DNA of 64,000 nt, from the NCBI RefSeq assembly GCF_902713615.1, contig NW_024055498.1:4706554-4770553 (forward strand), read 5' to 3'. This document shows, one piece after another, positions 62,421 to 64,000 of this stretch; positions within the stretch are counted from its first letter, which is position 1, and the number at the start of each line of letters is the position of its first letter. Under the pieces are notes generated by a model. It did not search any database and was not told the origin of the DNA. It saw only the letters and a program-made list of their open reading frames with translations. The translations under genes and the position numbers were made by a program. This DNA is from Scyliorhinus canicula (taxonomy: Eukaryota).

Positions 62421-64000
62421 CGAATATCACCAATTGTCACAAGTCACAAAGTTAAATAATGATATTATTCAATTATCACCAACACAACATAAAAAGTTGC
62501 ATTCACCAATTATGATCCGCATTTTCTTTTACAAAATGTAAATACAATTCATTTAAGGGAGGTGGATTTGAGACCAGGAAGAGATCAGCCATGATGATTG
62601 AATGGCGGAGCAGGCTCGAAGGGCCTAATTGCCTATTTCTGCTCCTAATTCCTTTCTCGTATGTTTAATATAAGTTATTGAGATTAACGTAATTGAATAG
62701 CATTGACCATTCTGTCACCAACAAGTAACATCTGCATCAGAATTCAATGTGAAATGGAATTAAACCACACCGAGGATGATGTGCAGCTACCCAGCAGCCT
62801 CTGCGCTGTATTGGTCAGTAATCACCTCATCGTCACACAGAATCGCCAGACTGGAGAGTGAGATGATTTTTTAAGTGCCGGTAGAAATAAAAATGCCTTT
62901 ACCTAATGTGACGTTAATGAATCTTTACTTCCCAATTTGTTATTACACTGTTCTGGAAAGTAATTCAACATTTACAGCTGTCCACTGAGTTTCACACTAT
63001 TTCTGTTTTCACATTAATATGTTTTTAGTCTGGTGTCTTCATTAATGTGGGTGAGGACATCTTGTGACTTATTGTACACGAAATGGCCACATGTTCCAAA
63101 TATTACAGCCGTCCCTCCTCAATGTAATCACCTTCCTGCTTTCGGTCTTTGAGATGACGGTTCGCCATCAGCAGAGAAGAATCACCGGCACCGCAGGAAT
63201 ATCTCCAGTTTCCTCTTAATGACGTTTAGCTCGTTATTTCCCGATAGTCTGGGGAGGGAATTCACCCAGAACAGCATCAGCCACCGAATGTATCAGGCGG
63301 TACAAATGATAAAGGAACAACTTTAATTTGTGAAATCATCAAGCGCAAAACTGAGAATGTAGAACAGCATCTTTCAGGGCCATCTATCCATCCATCCATC
63401 AACTCGATTCACTGATTCCTCAATGATAATATTCAGGCATCCAACTAACACTCACCTCTACATCAAATCAGTGATCCCTTTATATTTTGGGTGGATGGTG
63501 ATGCAGTATTAATGTTATTGGGCTAGTAATAAAAATGCCCGGGTACAAATGCTCCGGTACAAATCCCACCATAGTCGGAGGGGGAATTTGATTCCACTTA
63601 ATAAATCTGGAATACATATTACATTAAATCCGCTCTGTTTCACCAATGAAGGAAATCTGTCATCCCTCCCCGGCTTCACCTACATCAGGCTCCAGTCGGA
63701 CAGCAACATTTCTGACTCTTCCGTTCATTCTGAACTGGCAAAGCAAACCACTCAGTTCAAGAGTAATTAGGGGCAGGGTCTTGCCATTGAGTCCCACAAT
63801 CCATGAAAGTATATAGGGGGGAAACATGAATGTACATGTTGGTCTGTTACAAATGGACCCTCTGTCTGATAGTCTGATTGTATTTCTATCCGTCATCACA
63901 ATGTTATGAGATGTGGGAGATATCCTCCAGCGGGATATTGCTGCTAAGAGGGGCTACAAATCCTTTCCATAGAGATGGGAACAGTACAAATAGGTTCACA

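Noticed and set aside
60780-63320. Short open stretches on - (e.g. LAILCDDEVITDQYSAEAAG, YSCGAGDSSLLMANRHLK, PWTPYSAQANIPLF) as exons of a flanking gene
   Set aside because: No recognised homology and no consistent splice phases. It would need tBLASTx or RNA-seq support.

Overview
This is vertebrate genomic DNA from a cartilaginous fish. It is shark-like; a catshark is inferred from the repeat families. The first ~12 kb is part of a TCR alpha/delta locus. It holds a NAR-TCR-type cassette on + (leader, IgNAR-like V, 12-RSS, 23-RSS-J, then a leaderless 'supporting' TCRdelta V about 5.7 kb downstream) and an intact conventional TCR alpha/delta V on -. Three things in the cassette are unusual. 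The NAR-like V carries a long germline CDR3 extension ending in a 12-RSS, with no separate D before J (apparent germline-joined V-D). The supporting V has lost both canonical cysteines but keeps an open frame and its CDR1 Cys. It is followed by a tandem array of 11 complete 23-RSSs plus one partial copy. The rest of the window is repeat-dominated: two near-full-length CR1 LINEs (one with 131-bp 5' monomers carrying CTCF- and octamer-like motifs), Penelope-like elements with minimal hammerhead ribozyme motifs and 11-13 bp TSDs, an L1 fragment, many SINEs, tRNA-Glu(TTC) and tRNA-Ser(GCT), a ~5.4-kb diverged tandem duplication, and a gapped (CCCCCT)n region with a near-identical ~0.9-kb duplication. 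Most short ORFs in the supplied track are repeat-derived or spurious. Repeat boundaries are approximate.
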